The position numbers and the translations under genes were made by a program. A DNA stretch of 64,000 bases from Tubiluchus corallicola (taxonomy: Eukaryota; Animalia; Priapulida): the NCBI GenBank assembly GCA_030141605.1, contig JAQGDQ010000011.1, positions 1,050,066 to 1,114,065 on the forward strand. Reading direction: 5' to 3'. The notes under the pieces are model-generated. The model saw nothing but the letters and a program-made list of their open reading frames with translations, searched no databases and had not been told where the DNA came from. Shown here piece by piece: positions 39,701 through 54,355 of the stretch. Each line of letters starts with the position of its first letter. The stretch's first letter is position 1.

Positions 39701-42700
39701 AAGCCATTTTCTCTCTTCAATAGCTTTATGCAATTTGCGACCTCAGGACCCCGATGTCTGATGTCTACACCAAACCTCTTTCTCTTTTTGAAATAGCTGC
39801 TACCGTCTGCAAGCTCCTTTCAGCTCGAATCTCTGACAGGATTTGCATTACTGCAAAAATATTGAAGGCACCTCTGAAACCCTCTCTCCCCGGCTTTCTC
39901 TCATTAACAGATTGATTAGGTCTTGCGTCTCTGTTCCTAACGATTGACATTGTTGCCTTATCACCTCTTTTTGTAAAAACAAAGGAGCTGTGGTAAGAAG
40001 TGCTTTCAGGAGCCTGGCAAAGGTCTGCTGCAACAAAGACTGACTGACTCCCGAACTACATCTTTTCCAACATTTGTGGGCTGTCAGTCATTGCAGTGAG
40101 ATGTAGATCCAAGCTGTGAACTCCCTCTGATACCCGGCCTCCTTTCATCAAAGTCGCCTGTGTGTGTTATGCTTGACATCTTCTGGTTTCATTTCGCCAC
40201 CAACAGAGACCTGTACCAACGTCGTGCAACATAACACTAGTGACCACCGAGTGCTTCTCATGTCTCCTTGGCCAAGAGGAGTGTCTGGGTGAATTCATCC
40301 TAGCCAGACAAGTTGTCTCTGTTGCCTTCCGTTCTCTTCCTTCAACTGGTTCTCTCCTTAGGTCACTCTCCTCTCAACTGCTTCCAACAGTGCTATACTG
40401 TCTTCTTTGCTGCCTCCTTGTGAATATTGTGAATACGCTAAACCCACTTCATCCCTAAGTATAAGCCCCCAGTTAATGATATGGTGGCAGGGTTTCTTTA
40501 AACACTATTTTATTCATCACTTTTCAATTTAAAGCAAAACCGGACCCAATCTTAAACTGTAGGTCAAAACAATATACTCCTTAAAATATTGAACAGGAAC
40601 ACACTATTTTTTCAAAAATGACTTACTAAAACTAGGCATGTTTTAAGATAAAAATTCAAATTTCAAATTTACTGCTGTGCTCACTCATGAGCTGTCAAAC
40701 GTGCATAGTTCGTCAGAAACTAACACAGCTGAACTGAGAGGTACATTACCTGTTTTTGTATAATGCGTTTCTGAAACATGTGCAATTATTTACTTTAATT
40801 TTTTTGCCACTATATAAAATCACACTTGTTCGAAATTAAATTAATATTATTATGACTCGTTGATTTACTTAAAAAATTGCAAATAATATGGACAATTTTG
40901 TACATTTTTATCCTGCTCAAAGTTTTCTGTATATTATTAACTCAAGGCTTTTAATAGATTTGACATCTGCAAGTATATGGAAATGTAGATACACGTAATT
41001 TATTGTATGATTCGATTTACCTTTGTGGTTTGCAAATCATTTTTGCAATGTTTTAAAACAAACTATTTTGTTTTGATTACCAATTATTTGTTTTGATATA
41101 TATACAAGTATCTTTAATTTGTAGATATTACCCAGCTCTAAAGACTCTTGAACAGCTAGAACACACGTATCTTCCTCGGGTCAGCGAATATCGGTTTACC
41201 AAACTTATGTATGATCAAATACCTAAGTTACGAGAGAACATAAAGAATGCTTCCATGTCAGACCTAAAGGATTTCTTGGAGAGCATTAGAAAATATTCCA
41301 GCAAAATCGGGGAAGTCGCCATGCGTCATGTAAGCTTTGTTAAATTTCTTTGAACGCCTATAACAGCATTAATTTCGAGTGAGTTCACTTAAGTTTAGAT
41401 GCTTGACTAGTTTGCTTAAGTGTACAGCAGCATTAAGCTGGAGTGTGTTAACTTAAATTTAGATGTTTGACCGGTTTGCACAAAGTCTTAGCAGAGCTTT
41501 CACCTTTGTCTTCAGAGATAGAATATTTAATCAACTTTGACTCCCCAGATAGAATAGAATTGATTCAATGAAATTTTGTTCGCAACTGAAAATTGTTTTG
41601 AGAAAACTGCCTGAAAGTCACTATTTCTTCAGACGAGTCTTAATCTGATGAACATCAGCTTTATGTGTGCATAGGGCACGAGCTTAGTTGATAGACTTAA
41701 ATGATGTGCAGTTACTTGTATAAGGCTGCTGTCTGTTGTACTACATGTATATATAAGTTAGTGACCAAGCACACTTATTTTGGTAATGAATATTCTTGCT
41801 AAACTTAATAAAGGGTGTTCTTAATCCAATTTAGTGATGTTGCTAGTTATTTAATATCAAACTAAATAATTTCAGGCAGCTGAACAGCACAGCATAGATC
41901 CAGGTCTGGTTAAAATGGTCCGACGAAAACGCAAAGCTCCACCTCCACCTAATCCGTTTACTGGCGAAGTGCCAAGTCAGTCAGATCCTGAACCGGATTT
42001 ATACGACGACCAAGACGAGGAATTGAGTGCTCAAGATCTAGTTGACTTTAGTCCAGTGTACCGCTGCTGGCATATATACACTGTACTTGTAAGTAGACAT
42101 TTTGCTGGCTAAGTGGTCTAACGCTTTTGAGTTTGAGATTGCTTAACTGGTTTGAAATTACTCTCATTTGATCTTTATCACTGTAGGTACAGTATGTCCT
42201 GCTTAAATAGTAAATATTTGATATAAATAACTCGTAATTAGGATTACTTCCTGTCAAATTCTTCCCTCATCACTTGGTTTTCTGATTAAATTAAAATAAG
42301 TGTTTTTGCTACTTCATACTTCTTCACAAAAGTGATATAGAGATGATCAGAGATGAGAATAGGTGTGTGTTTAGCAAGTTATATTTAAGCACTTTCACCA
42401 ATATCATCTTTATCGCCTTATTTCAAAATTAGTTTTATTTTGTGTGGTATGATTAAAAGAATAACAGCAATCTTTTCTGCAAGTTTTGCGCACGGTTTTG
42501 GCTATTGACATTTTACAACCTTTATAATAACTCTTTTGCCAATAGAGGACAGCGCCACTGTTTATTTTCACTAGTCAGATATTTGAAGTGTGCCTGGCTT
42601 TTGCAGGTATCATTGCTACTGGCATACACATCAATTAATTGCCATATTAAACATGACAGTAAAGTCTCATCATACTTTCCAGTCAGAATACCATTTTATG

Positions 42701-45700
42701 ACAGAAGATTCTCATCATGGAGGCAGAAATGGTTAATAAACTCGTTTCTAATTATCTTAAATAGCTTTTATAGATGATTCCAAACAAACTTTCTTTTTTA
42801 AAAAGGGTGCTGGTGAAGAATTTGAAGGTTACTATAGGAAACAGCGAAAGAAACAAGCTAAACTCTGTCTACAGCCAGCAACGACAATGGTTAGTCATCT
42901 CAACTATTTATTAGTCGTATCTGTAGAATTAATAAACCTTCTCTATGTACATGTATCAATCATCTATAAAATATGGCTAATTCACTTTTGTACATGGAAA
43001 AAGACTCATAAAAGTTAATTAGCAGAAATTGGTATATTTAATGTAAATTTTGATTTTCCGAAGCAATAAAATCAATAACTACTAGATTTACCAGACAAAT
43101 ATGTGTGTAATATAGCTTCCCACCAAAAGTTGTTCCCATCGTCATCATCATCATCAGGCATTCATGTTGCGCACACTATTTGCAAAGTGCTTAATTTATG
43201 TAATTTTTCTTTTTTTCAGCATGAAACCTTAAACGGTTACAAAAAGTACTTTCATGAAATAATAGGGTAAGATTTCTTGATTTTTTGTTTCGTATTTTGC
43301 CTAAGGCAGGTTGAAGTTATGTCATTGACTCAATTTCTGAGTATATTCTGTACTTGTACATGCTGAACTTCTAAGGCACATAACTTGATTTAGCTGAACA
43401 AGACAAGTCTTATATGAACAACTTCGTCAGGCATGTACAAATGCATTCTGATTGTCTGTTCTGGGGCTAATGGTCCAGAACATACGGCAGCAAACGTTTG
43501 TTAAGCAAAAATCAATAAGAACAGTTCATGTGCAACTGCGTAACTGGTGCCAGTAGATGAACTGCACTGCTGGACTGTTAAAGACAAAGGTTTAAATGGA
43601 GAAAATAAAATGCAAAGTTGCAAAAACGTGCCTTCAACAAAAACAAAAATGCTGATCTAGCTCTAAGCAAAGTTTGGATTTAATAAACAGCGTATTTTAC
43701 TAGGTTAAAGTTCTTATACAGTTCCGTTCCAGCCATAGTGGCCATAGTAAGTGGCTGGATTTATTATCCGTGGATTTATTAAAGGACAAGAAAAGGGGTA
43801 AAAGACATGACGTCACCCATGCAAACGTAAATCAGGGGACAAAAAGACAATGTTAAATTATGTCCCAAAAAACTTTCCATGCAAATCTGTATTACTTAGC
43901 ATTTCGCTTACCTGCTGGAAAAACTTATGTAACTAGATATAATAATTTAAAATGTTTATGCCAATTGGTAAAATGTCGATGGCTCACCCATCAGGGTGCG
44001 CCACACACTAACCAAAAAATGCATTTTTAATCTTATTGACAAGATACAGTAATTTAAAATTTTACTTGGTTTAGTTACATGTATGCTACGCATGCTCTAA
44101 TTAAAATGGCTGCGTCTAACGGTCATTGTGGCAGTTTAAATTTACAAGTTTTTTACAGCGTTACTGTCAACACAAGCCCTTCTTGAAATAAGGCAGTATG
44201 GAAGTTGTGTAGGGTTACAAGATGAATTTTTTAAGCTTTATATAAGTGAAGGGCTGTCTTGTGTTTTAAGCAGATTCAACTGTGCAATGAAACCTTCTTT
44301 TACCGCCTACTTTGGCACTGCAAAAAAGTTTGCCTTGAACGAGTTTGGCATTATAAACATATATACAAGTATGTGTATGCAAATATAGACATTTTGTTTT
44401 GGCAAAAATTTGGACGTTTGACATTATAAGAGGAATGGGCATTATAACTGTGTCTGACTTATTATTACAGTATTTGCCAGAATAACATCGGCAGAATAAT
44501 AATGTAATTCTTAAAGGAAAACTGGACAATTGATTAGCCTCAGTCTCATTTTAATTTACTGTCTAGAATACACATTTTCATGCTTATAAAAGTTAGCAAT
44601 TGTTTCTAATATTTGAATTATTACGTTAGAAAGTATGAGGCAGGTTTACTGTGTTGACCAGTTCACTGTGAGCTGTCCACCAGGTAATTCATAGTCATTA
44701 TTGTTTTATTTTAGGTTTTTTGTAGTAGAAGATCACATATTGCACACAACTAATGACCTAGTAAGCAAAAGTTACCTAGACGAGCTCTGGGATATGGCTT
44801 TATCAAAAATCGTTGCAGTACTCCGAACACATTCGGTAAGAGTATACTTTCCTTCATCATCTGAACTTGCTAAATGTTTCCTAAATGTATTGGCACGTCA
44901 ATTCAGATGATTTTGTGGAATTTATAGAAAAACTTTTGAAATTAGAGGAAGACTAAATCGGGCAATTATATAACTCCCATTCCAAAAAAGAGACCCTAAA
45001 CACTACTCATGGAAATTAAGCTTCGAGGTGTAGAATGCTGCAAGTTGCGTAACCATCATATTCAATATATATATATGGTGGTAGAACTGATTGATCTATC
45101 TGAGATTTTATTTTCAGTTATCACTTCCAATACAAATGGATTGTATTACGATTTTTAACTTTTTTTGGAAAATCTATAAAAATGCAGAAAAAATATTGTG
45201 GCCATTGCAGTAAAATCAAGTAATATGGCACTACCGTTGCACAGGTTAATTAACTTGTTGGCATCACCACTTAGACGCTAAGGTTTCTCATGAACACAAA
45301 TACGTGGTTTTCATGTGACCCTGCCTTCTCACATGAACCCTCGTTCTCGCAAAATATCCCGAAAACTGATTATAATTGATTATCGAATTGGTTTTGTATT
45401 TGATTAATCGATTATGAAAATGCAACCAATGTCCCACACTAACTAACGAGTCACCTTTTGACCTTGTAAAATGTTGCAGAATTTATAAGACCACAAGGCT
45501 TTCAATTACTAGAGCCATGGCTTAGAGACTCTAGTTCATGTGTTCTTACTTTCGAAGACACAAATAATTGTGTTTTTTGTCTTTTTCAGGCATATTGCAC
45601 AGATCCTACTTTAATGTTAGATATAAAAAACTTGATTATTCTTTTCTGTCACACACTAGAGGGCTATGGCTTTCCAGTTACACGACTGTATGGACTTCTT

Positions 45701-48700
45701 ATTGAAATAAGGTAAAAACTCTTAGAACTTATATTTCTAGTAATGGGTTTTTAAAAAAACTGCACAGTGGTAGAATTGTTTTTGGCTCTGCATAGTCACT
45801 AGGTTACTAATAATGAAATGAACTTATATTTATTAAATCTTTGAATCCAAGCTTTACTAAAAGGAAAGAAATGTGAAAAAGTCGATACCAAACCTGGATT
45901 TGAACTGGGAACCTTTAAAACCAGACCATCAGATGTCCGTATTTATTGAAATTTGAACCCAAACTTGATAAAAAACGAATGAAATGTGAAAAAGTCGATA
46001 GCAAGCCTGGATTCGAACCAGGAAATTTTAAAACCAGAGCTTGAGATGTCTACACCTAGAGTAAAATATCTCGTTCTAATTCAGGGACCGACTGTTTGTT
46101 ACAGGGACCAGTACAATGAGATTTTAATGAAACAATGGAAACAAGTGTTTATGAATATATTTGAAGAAGACAACTACACTCCGATAATGGTCGACTATCC
46201 CGCAGAATATACCAGTATAGTTTCTGTCTTTCCTTTCAAAGATGATTTTGTAGAAAAGGTTTGTTTTAAAAAAAATATAGAAGTTTAAAATAGGTACAAA
46301 GTGGCATTTAAAGTTGAACAATATTCACTAACCAAATGTGATAAAAAAGAAAAACAGTATCTCGTAAGAGCATGAAGTTGCCAATCATAGTAAATTTTTC
46401 TAGAGTTTGCCTATATAACTGTTCAAGGACTGTAGTGACTGAACTTCACTTACGTTGGTCTGATTACTAGACAGCATTGCCTCATCTAACAAGTACAAAA
46501 TTATTCCATTTTCCTGTATCATGATTGGCCATGATGTGCACATTGGCTACTTCTAATTTATTTCATATGTTGCTTTGCAATTTTTTTTAAGGATAGAAAG
46601 TGGTTAAATTAAAAAACAATAAAATATTGTGATTTTCGTTTTCAAGAGTATATATACACTTAGAAGTCCAGAAAGAGGAAAGCACAAAAACACAAAATTT
46701 AATACTTGAAATTCTCATACTTTTATTCTAGTCACCATTTCCTAAGCGATTCCCATTCTCTCAGTTTGTGCCCAGCGTATACGGTCAAGTGAAGGAATAC
46801 ATCTACGCATGTCTGAAATTCTCTGAAGATCTATACCTCAGGTGAGTGTTACATTGTATTTATTTTCAGTTAACATATGGTCGCAGGTAAGTGTGCGGTG
46901 TGTACCAGTAAGTACCTTGTGCAACGTGTGCCATGTTCGTATTGAAGCAGATTATGATTAAGGCTGGGATTAGGGTTAGGGTTAGGGTTAGGACTGGGGT
47001 TGGAGTTAGAGTATTTAAATTGTGTGGTGAAACCTCCTTCCACTAATACTTGTAAATTAGGTGCCGTTGTACTTATCCTACTCCATTTTGCTTCTACGTC
47101 AGAAGAATTCTTTATCAAAGCTTCATGGAAAAAGCTAACTTTTGTGTGTGCATATTCTTTAAATTTTTCTGTATTTGATCAACAGAAAATTCTAAGAATT
47201 AATGAAAGCTATTACCCAATGACTGTTGCTGCACAACAGACTTTTTGAGAATTCCTAGCAGAGAATATTTTACTGTGGTACCTGAGCAGCACTGCTGGGT
47301 GTTTTAAGATTAAGAAGCGGGCATTCTCACATATCTTAGTTTCCTTCAAGACTCCAAAACCAAGATGAAAACCTGATGATCTTGATAATAACGGCTTTTA
47401 TGAGTTACATGATGATTAAAAGCAGACTTGACAAGTTTTTACAATATGTGTTGTTTGTTTTTAATCAGAATGCATGAAATTTTAAATGTAACAAGCGCCC
47501 GTTCATATATTTAATGATGAAATATGCCCTGACTGGGATAGCTGTGTAAATAACTCATTGAACTGAAAGCTTTGACCACCTTCCCTCCCAGTCACGTTGC
47601 TATGGGAAATCTATTTGCTGAGAACATTGTTTATATGCTTCATAACTGAACAAGATTTTATCATCATTTTCTATAGCCAAGTGGAGATTGATGACATGGT
47701 GCGGAAATCCACTAACTTCCTCCTCACACGGACACTGAGTGGGTGTCTTTCATCATTAATACGAAAACCAAACTTGGGCTTGTCACAGGTAAGTGTCACA
47801 GGTGATGGTGATGCTGAATGTTTTCATAATTATGTGTTTTATTTTTATTCAATTATCTTTATTGGTTGGTTCAACCAGGTGGAAAAAATAACACTTTTTC
47901 AAAAGTACAGCACTTGAGTTGAAATTTATAATTGTTAAACTTGGACCTGTAACAGGTGAATATTATTTACTCTGTACTTACCATGTATAATCATAGAATA
48001 CAATCATCAGTTATTGAAAAGATTCTGATGGTTTATTGTACGTACCAAAATCGAATTTTGACAAGAAGAGATGTCATTAAAACTAGGTACCCTGTGGCCT
48101 TTAAAGTTGAACTATATTCAACAGCCAAATGTAATAAAAAACAAAAATAGCATCTCACAAGAGTGTTTTTGTATCTGCTTTTAGTGTTTATCTATATAGC
48201 TGGCCAAGGGCAGTAGTGACTGAACTTCAGTTACATTGGGCTGACTACTAGGCAGCAAGCCTCATCTAAGAAATACTAAATTAATTGATTTTGCTCTGTC
48301 ATGGTCCGGTATAATGTACACATTGGCTACAGCAATATTTGTACACAATTAGCTGATTAACTAAATTTTAAGACCTCTTCCACAATGACTTGATGCACTA
48401 AAATATGACTAGGTGTGCCAGATCACTGCTTATAAAAAATTACAAAATTCGGTCATGCATTGTAATTGCATAAAGGCAGATAAATTTGCAATGAAGAAAA
48501 TCGTTTAATTTTTGTAGTACATCTGAGTAGTTACGAAGTTAATAGATGTTTGGTTAGCAAATAATAGGCGGCCGTGCGTAAATGTGCTTCTGGCAGTTTT
48601 TGGTTTAGTCCGGCTATTTATTCCATTTAGTCAGGACGTTTTGACATCTGAAGGTGATTAAGAAACTTCTGCCACTTGAGAGTCTGAAGATTTCTGAATT

Positions 48701-51700
48701 ATGCTCATTTGTGTTGTAATTTGACAAACCCTTAAAACTGTTATCACTACTTAACTGACCTACCAACTTTCACCAGTAATTCAGAATGTTATCACACACA
48801 GAACTATGACAGTGCTTATGACAGCTTTTATGGTTTGTCAAATTACCACATAAATGAGTATAAATCCATAATCGTCAGATAGGTGGAGAAACTTGTTCAC
48901 AATTGCTGAACCTAGCTGAAAATTTAGTACCATTTTAATATCTTATCAAAGCAGAAAAAGTAAAAATATAAAAAAGTTTTTTCACCACACCCTGGTGTAC
49001 AGTATCCTTCTTGGCAGTGTGAAACTGTAATAAAAGTTTGATGATTCGAGTAAATTTCTGCTTTTCATGGGAACTAATTGTACAGTGCAGCTGTTTTTCT
49101 TTGCAGTTAATTCAGATTGCTATTAATACTGAATACCTGGAAACGGCCTGCGTTCACCTGGAGGATTTTATATCTAGCATAACAGGGTAATATTCTTGAG
49201 TCAACATGAGATGCAGTAATAATAGCTTTTAACATCAATTTGATTTAATAATGTTCCACAAAACCACTGATAAAATTCCAATTTATTGTCGGGACAGAAG
49301 GCATTACTGCCACATTTGTATTTACGAAGATCGTAATTAGTTAGCTTCTTGTTAACAAACTTTTTTGCTTTGTTAAACAATCACCAACTTTAGTGCAAAC
49401 TTCTCGAAAATTAAGTTGCTGGTTCTAATTGCTGTGCTGGACTCCTCATAAATTTAGAATTTTTGTTTATTAATAGCTTAGGCAAATTATCGTTTATTTC
49501 GACAAAATTGTCACATATATATTACACTTTACGAACTCTCTGCCTTGTCTTCCTGCTATACACAAATGGCTGTTGTTAACTTTCTATAATACTTTTGAAT
49601 TTGTGAAACTTTGAGGTTGGTAAACAATCGGTGTATTAAAATACCTGCAGTTACAGTGAGCCTCAACTACAGTAGAATAGACTCTAGACAGAGTAGAATA
49701 GAAAACTGCAGCCGCTTAATAGACTCACTTTGGGATGAAAGTGTTTTGACCCAATTACCTGACTTAATCTATTAACCGATGGGTGTAGTGTTTCTCGTAT
49801 AGAAGTTGAGTCATCACTCATCAGATTAGCATGCACTGCGAAGACTTTAAAAGAATTTTATATACGAATTAATTTCAAAATTCCTATGTACAATTATTTA
49901 GATAACCATTTATATGAGTGAGTTAATAATAAAAGGAAATAAAAAAATGAAAAAATCTGAATGTTACTGCTAAATATTACAAAAATTCGTGCAAAGTCGG
50001 TTACTTAATTTTTTTTACCAAGAACTTGGCTAATGAAATTCTCATACTGATAAAAACATTGAAAATCTGTTGCTATAGCTGTCCATATTTATAAAAAATG
50101 CCTAGTCGCCTAGTGCATGAGCTGCAGTTGGTGATGACCTTGTTTCCCCTGTGAAAAGCAGTCGTGGTGCCCCTGCTTCAAAAAACAAACCACTTGGCCA
50201 ATTGATTAAATGTTTAGCTTTCAGAAACAATAAGATTAAATGCCGTTGACGAGCAGGTGACAGATTCAGCAATACTGCTATTCTACTATATTAGTGCATT
50301 ATAAACACACCTGCTCACAAACAAAGTTGTACTGAACAGGACTGTTTTTACATATATTATATTGCACGAAACCAAAGCACAAATGGTGTAAAAGTACTAA
50401 AAGTTTTTGGTCACACTCAAATGTCTTATTTTTAGTATTGATGCTCAAATATTAAATTAATAATGAAGAGTTTTTTGAGTCAATTGCCGACAGTTTTTAA
50501 TACACTTGAATAGGATCAGCCAGACCAGTCGTTTTTGAGTCAATTAGGTGACTGATTCTATTAATCGCGAGTCTAATAAATGGCTGCCTGCTGTATATCA
50601 AATGTTGATTCTGAATTAGTACATTGCATTTGACATTATTCTTATGTATATGTTATATTAATTCAGATAAGAGACTTTCTGCTGAAATTAAAGCAATTAA
50701 GTAAAGCATTTTATCCCTATTTAGGGCATCTAGGGAATCCAGTCACGTCGCAAAGCTTCAGGGTAAGAACATGTTCAAAGACGCACGATCGCATGCCGAA
50801 CAACAGATATACAGAGCGCTGAACAACAAAATAGACGAATTTTTAGAACTAGGCAAGTTGGCTGCACTGACAGTTTTCTTCATTATTAAATGAATACTGA
50901 TTTGTAATAGTTTAAATTTTCTTGTCACCAAATGTTACCACATTGCACAATTATCAGTCACTGCTGCTGCCATCTGTTGAAAATATTTTTAACTTAATGC
51001 GCTTTTATTTTATTTTATGTACTATTGATTGGCGTGTTTAATTAATATTAAGCACTTTAATTTCATTGATTTTTTAACAGCATCATATGATTGGCTATTA
51101 ACTGAGCCTAAAGGTCATGCTAGTGGGTATTTGATGGATCTCGTAGCATTTCTGCAGTCAACTTTTCTGTCATTCACGAATCTTCCGGTGAGTGTTCATT
51201 ATTTTATTTATTGTTTTATAGAAGAATTGTATTGTGCAACTGTCCAAACTTTATGCATTAAAAAACTAAATAGTAAATAGTCAACAAAAATATTGGTTTA
51301 CATGGAACTGTATTTGAAGGTTTATTTTTTCTCCGTTTGCAAAATGCAAAATTTCTATTACATTGTGATCATTAATTAATAATGTTTTATTCGTAAAGGA
51401 ATTGACAGTTTCATAAGTTCAATTTAATTGTATAATTGTAAAAAATCATTTTTGCGCTCTTAAAAATTCCAGTATCAGTGTGTGTGTGTGTGAGAAGATT
51501 CACATAGTGAACGGGATGAAATTTCTGAAAGTTTTATTTGACATTTTATCATTCTGTCAAAACAAAAATTTTTATTGCTCTTTGTTTTTTTCTGCACATA
51601 TGCGTAGCAAAATTGTTATTGTCATCCATTCATTCAAACTGGAGGAATTCTGTCTTTTAAGATTGTCTCCTAAAAACTCACAAAAATACATTTGCCACGT

Positions 51701-54314
51701 GTCGACTTGCTTAACTAACGAATCTTCTACTTCAGTTTCAATATGACTCAGTTTTACAAAATTATTGAAGCCATAAAATAACGTGTGCTAGCTCAGCAAA
51801 AACATCCGGAAGTCGGCAGTTGAGCTTTTTTAGTTATTCACATATCCTGAATCTCTATTTTATGGCGATGGCTTTGATACCATGCTCATCACTCTATGTT
51901 ATTTCTAAGCTGAGACAATTGACGTTGAAGTTGAGTTGCAGGCTGCACACTGGAAAACATAACTCAGAAAATCACTGTTAAAGCTTCACTTTACTTTCTG
52001 TTGTTCTTCTACAAAAACACTTAGCAATCGTATGAACACGTGGTTACTATGGATTTTGCAAGAGCAAGTAGAAGTTAAATACAGAAGATGGCTCTTCCAA
52101 ACGAAGATCTGGGTTTGGCACTTGAAAAAACTGCAAGCAAAATAACAGCTTCCACGAGCTACTATCAGAGTTTCAAAACACGAGTTTTTGACAAATGCAG
52201 TACTAGTTTTTATGCAGAGAAGTTAGGAAGGAATTATAAATTTAAATTTTTAGTATTTTCTAAACAAATTTTCGACGTTTTGGTGCTAGAATATAAAAGT
52301 TCAATATATTTAGTGTTTGTTTTTGTAAAAAACAAAAAAATATGTTCAACTCAATTTTTGATGCATTTTACTAAGAAGTATCTTACAACAGTTTTAAAGT
52401 TGTGGACGGTTTTGATTTGCAAGCACACTTCAGAATTTCAGAAAATATATTTTAACAATTTTAAGGCTACTGGGCTCTGCAGGTTTAAACAGCATGCTGA
52501 TCAAATTGCCTTTTATCCTAAGAACAGCTAATGTAAATTTATATTTGTAATTATTCTGAACACCATAGATAAAACTTGTAAAAGTTTTGTCATTTCTATT
52601 GTGGTATCAACTCCTTAGAACAAAGACATTAAAACTACATGTCAAAACAATCATGTGTTGCTGCAATCTGGTTCTGAATTCTGCTTTTGTTTTAATAAGG
52701 CTGTTTTAAGCCAATTAGACAGATTTGTTCAAACTGGGCCTCGTGTCAAGGGGGGCCCCATGCACATGCTCGAGCAGATGATGCAATGATGAGTTAAATG
52801 AATGTTAAGTGTACACAAAGTTTCTTGATACTGTGAAGGCACTGAAACAATTCAATTTGTCCTCGTTTATCTATGTTTCAATGTTTTTTGCTGCTTGTTT
52901 TTTATTTGTTTTGCAATTTAAGTTTATCTGTCACCATTTACTTGTTTAGAAAAGCAATTTTCGAGCTCTATGTGAATTATTTAGATCGTCATTGGATTTT
53001 AATCAACTAATTTGTACACGATATTCAAACCTTCAACACAAAAAGAGCGCTGTTAATGAGATTACGTAACCTAAAGCTTGTAATGTAAAGTTATGTTGTT
53101 TGTTAAATATGTCCAAAGCGGTTATAATGTTCTGCTGCATCTGTGGATTAGAAGGCCCCACTATCAATTTCTAATTGGGCCCCTCATTTCCTAGTGTTGT
53201 CCCTGGTTTTAGTGGAAATTTTAGTGGAAATTTGACGTTTGGTTTCTGCATTATTATGGAATTGCTGCCTTGAACGGTGATGTTGTTTTTGGTGTTTTAG
53301 GATAAAGTAGCCCAGACAGCGTGCATGTCAGCATGTAAACACATTGCCGAGTCTCTCACAGCATTCTTGTTGGACGTCAACATCAAGAATATATCAACCG
53401 GTGCATTGCAACAATTTAACTTAGACGTGATACAGTGTGAACGTAAGCCATTTTCATCCGTTGCGAAAGATAAACTTAACTGCTCCTCTGTTTATGTAGA
53501 GGAAAAGAAATCACTTTACTAACAAAAGCTAAAAAATTCGTTTTTAAATTGCATATCACTTAAATGCTGTCTTATTGCATACAGAGCTTGCATTAGCATT
53601 AACACTATATCTAGCTAATTGTTAATGGTAATCTTCTTATGTGAGACACTGAACCAGAAGAGGTATTTTTACCACATTCATTTGTGTCTCCATCTTCCCA
53701 CAAAGAGAGAAGTAGCTGTGTGCAATGTGACAGTAGAAACTACCTAAAATCAGTATTCCTGGCAGTAATTTATTCATTTACTGAATAGGCCTGGTAATGG
53801 TAGCACAGTCAAAGGTAAAAAAATGATTTAAATTTGATTCCATTTTCGTTTTTCTAGAATTTTCGCACTCTGATCCGGTGCCAGGATTCAAAGATGGTGC
53901 TCTGCAAATGACGTTTTTAGAACTCAGACAGGTGAGATGGTTTTTGCTTTTTGTCTGCTTTATTTTTCAGTGCGAAATATGATGAACTCGTGTTAAAATA
54001 CACTTTTTTGTTGAATAATAACAAACATGTCACCAAATTCAATGAAGCAGCTTGGCAAAGAAAAGCCTTCTGCAGGATTTAGGTAGAAATGAGTGTTTTA
54101 CTGTGTGATCAATGCAGTCCACACTGTGGCCACATCTTGTATACTGCTGGGCTGGCTGTGTCGACAGAATTAGTGACAGTGTGGGCCTATAGGCAACACA
54201 GCTATTCACGGTAGGACCAACCTACTGAAGGCATTTTTGGAAAGACTGAAACTTAGATTTTATGATAGATAATTTTCTGTGTACTTTATGTAGATGGCAA
54301 CAAAATTTATACTG

Positions 54315-54355
<41 letters not shown>

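Noticed and set aside
52088-52531. 147-aa ORF in EXOC6 intron 16
   Set aside because: Its composition is AT-driven (F/K/L-rich) with no motif, and the EXOC6 exons on either side join in frame without it.
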